A stretch of DNA of 63,285 nucleotides, filler included, from Gonapodya sp. JEL0774 (taxonomy: Eukaryota): assembly GCA_027604505.1 (NCBI GenBank). It is 28 parts of 28 records of this genome, joined end to end, with 100 filler letters (N's around TTAATTAATTAA, not from the genome) between each part and the next. Parts side by side here need not be neighbours in the genome. Positions count along the whole stretch, not along the records: positions 61,133 to 63,285 come from JADIIX010002194.1; 27 more parts are not named here. One strand, given 5' to 3'. Below the pieces are notes generated by a model. It did not search any database. It saw nothing but the letters and a program-made list of their open reading frames with translations, and was not told the origin of the DNA. How positions within the stretch are numbered: the stretch's first letter is position 1; each line of letters opens with the position of its first letter. This document shows, in pieces, positions 61,033-63,285 of this stretch. A program made the position numbers and the translations under genes.

Positions 61033-63285
61033 NNNNNNNNNNNNNNNNNNNNNNNNNNNNNNNNNNNNNNNNNNNNTTAATTAATTAANNNNNNNNNNNN
61101 NNNNNNNNNNNNNNNNNNNNNNNNNNNNNNNNAGAAGAAAGACACTCAGGGAAACCAGAGCCAGACTCACCCGTAAATTTGCATTCCGGAAAGAAACGCT
61201 CTGGAAGATAGTGGACTCTCACTGTGGGTTCTGACGACCTACGGGAAAGTAGTCGCTCTAACCGTCCAAACGACGAAAACACGCTCTGCTCCTCCAAGAG
61301 CTGCTCAGCAGAGCGACGACGGAAAAGAGGACTCGATGTGCTCCTATCATCTCCGTGTGAAAGCGGCCATGCCGTCAGAACTCCCATCATCTTTGAGAAG
61401 GGGTGTCTCCATGGGAGGCAGGAACATCTGATAAATTTGCCGGCCACGGCAGCGGCAGCCCAGCAAAGCTTCCGGCAATAGACCCATCCGACAAAGCTTC
61501 AAACCAAAATCGTATTCATTCCGAGCAATTAAGGGCTGGAGAAGCTTTGCGAAGGTGTGGTTGGGGTAGATTTATAATGTATTTCGATCTATATAGCATC
61601 CAGACAATGAGGAAGGAAAGAGAATACAAAACACTCGGAAATAAACCAGAAATCACACACAGAGACGACAAAAAAGTAACAGAGTGGTGGTAGTGATAAT
61701 GATTGAGTCTTTTACCTACGAAGGTGACAAATATGTTTAGTGTTTGAGAAATATGTACTGGCAGAAGAGAGTGCACAAAGAACCCTCACCGTTCATGTAC
61801 CCGGCTAGTTCCTGCTTCCCACTGAGCCAGCTCGATCGTGGAATGCTCGAGAACGCCTGGGTGCGACCATGTGTCTTGTCGGTACTGTCCCCGACAGTTC
61901 GCCAGAACGTAAATGTCCATCCGACGACACTCCTTGAGAATCACGCGTAGAAGAGCCTCCCAATAAGAATGTTGCAAAAGAGCCGTGCTCGTCCCGTTCC
62001 ATAGCTCGCCGTTTCTCCATCCAAGGATCCTGATGTGGATTATGGCTCTCTGACTCATCGCCGGGCAACTGCGTGTAGCCCAAGAAGCCACTGGGACAGC
62101 TCCGACTTCGACCAGTCAACTGATCCATATCCTTTAAGGGCAGAGATGCGTGGAGTGGGGTTTGCATGATTGAAGGTGGAAGTCATCGGAACATGCAGTC
62201 GTGGGCAGGTCAACATACAGGCATGTTCTCGAAGTCAGCGATCGCACACCACATACCATTTTCGATCGTCCTGTTGGAAATCGCCCGCGATGCAAACCAC
62301 TTCGGGATGATTTCTGTTCTTTCATTAGGGTTCGCTTTACGCCCTTGTCCCGTGACGACCACTCGCACCGATATCGCCGCCGCCGCATTCCACCAAACTA
62401 ACTCACTCCATAATCTTCAGGCAGGAATGTTACGGGAGACACATGGATGTTCTGTGAATTTACGTGCGGCTAACGTACGTTGACATCTCTGCTCGGCATT
62501 GTCACTACATGCCCAGGACTCCATGATTCGGATCGGACATCAATAACCGAGCAGCTACTGAGCTGTACATCCACAGATACATCGTGAATCTCAATCTTTC
62601 CATTGACAATTGCTACAGTCTGGTTGCGGGCCGCGGGCGATGCATGTCACCCTGTCCGAAGGGAGATTTGTGTTTTCTCTGCCATGAAGGATGCACCCTA
62701 TCAACCGCCCTTTGGCTTTCGGCGATTTACTCCGCAGCTAGGCGCGAACAACATTAGGATCCTGGCGGTCGTTGTCTTTCCATTCCAGCCGACGTGGGGT
62801 TCGCTTGACGTCGGTTTTCGTCCGACAATGGTTGCTCTAGATCTTTCGAAATGTTTGCAAGGTATCAGCAGGTTATTCGACTATAGGTAGGTACACCAGG
62901 TTGCAGGTAGAGTACGGAGTAATACAATTCTGTGCAGGTTCTGAGAGGTTCTGTTTATGTATGCATGATGGTCATGCGAAAGCACTCCATCGATATGGGT
63001 TATGACCGAAATATGGCAGATGGTCGAGCCTGGGTGATCATTCCCAGCTTTTGTTCCGATAACGTACACCGTAAGATTCGTGAATATATACATGAAAGAA
63101 AAACGTGAAGTCCTAACACACTTACTACTGACTGCTAAAATGTCTATGATACCTAGACTTGTTAAACAACCCTACTCGCCATGCTGTACCCACACTTGCG
63201 CACAAACACCCGTAGTACGTCACATCCTCGCATCGGCTACCTGCGCCGAGCTGAATTGCAAACACGTTGAAAGTTCAGGGAGCAC

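Noticed and set aside
61133..63285. Broken minus-strand ORFs
   Set aside because: Possibly a pseudogene, but no family could be supported from the sequence alone.

Overview
This is eukaryotic DNA, most likely from a zoosporic, early-diverging fungus (chytrid/monoblepharid type). The evidence is short GT-AG introns, flagellar IFT80, cobalamin-dependent MetH, and fungal-type permease and AAA genes. The window is not a contiguous locus. It is 28 unrelated contigs of about 2.15-2.18 kb, sorted by decreasing length and joined by identical 100-nt N/TTAATTAATTAA/N spacers, so no gene-neighbourhood inference holds across spacers. Most contigs carry truncated housekeeping genes: MDJ1, Pib1-like, GST, MetH, SCP-x thiolase, sterol desaturase, KIN1, flotillin, CLASP, Vps39, ATP synthase e, IFT80, Tti2, SRP14 and others. 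There is also a Copia pol fragment and a tRNA-Arg(TCG). The most interesting signals are: (1) two intronless, virus/Polinton-like contigs (2280-4457 and 36323-38480) that appear to share an unannotated domain, one with a palindromic repeat family at its gene boundaries; (2) bacterial-type genes in a fungal context (intron-containing ArsJ, intronless YdeI/OmpD, AttH/CrtC-like); (3) a serpin; (4) introns with G-rich 5' and C-rich 3' halves, and a start codon split by an intron; (5) a tRNA with an adjacent damaged partial copy. All family assignments come from motif recognition by eye; no searches were run.
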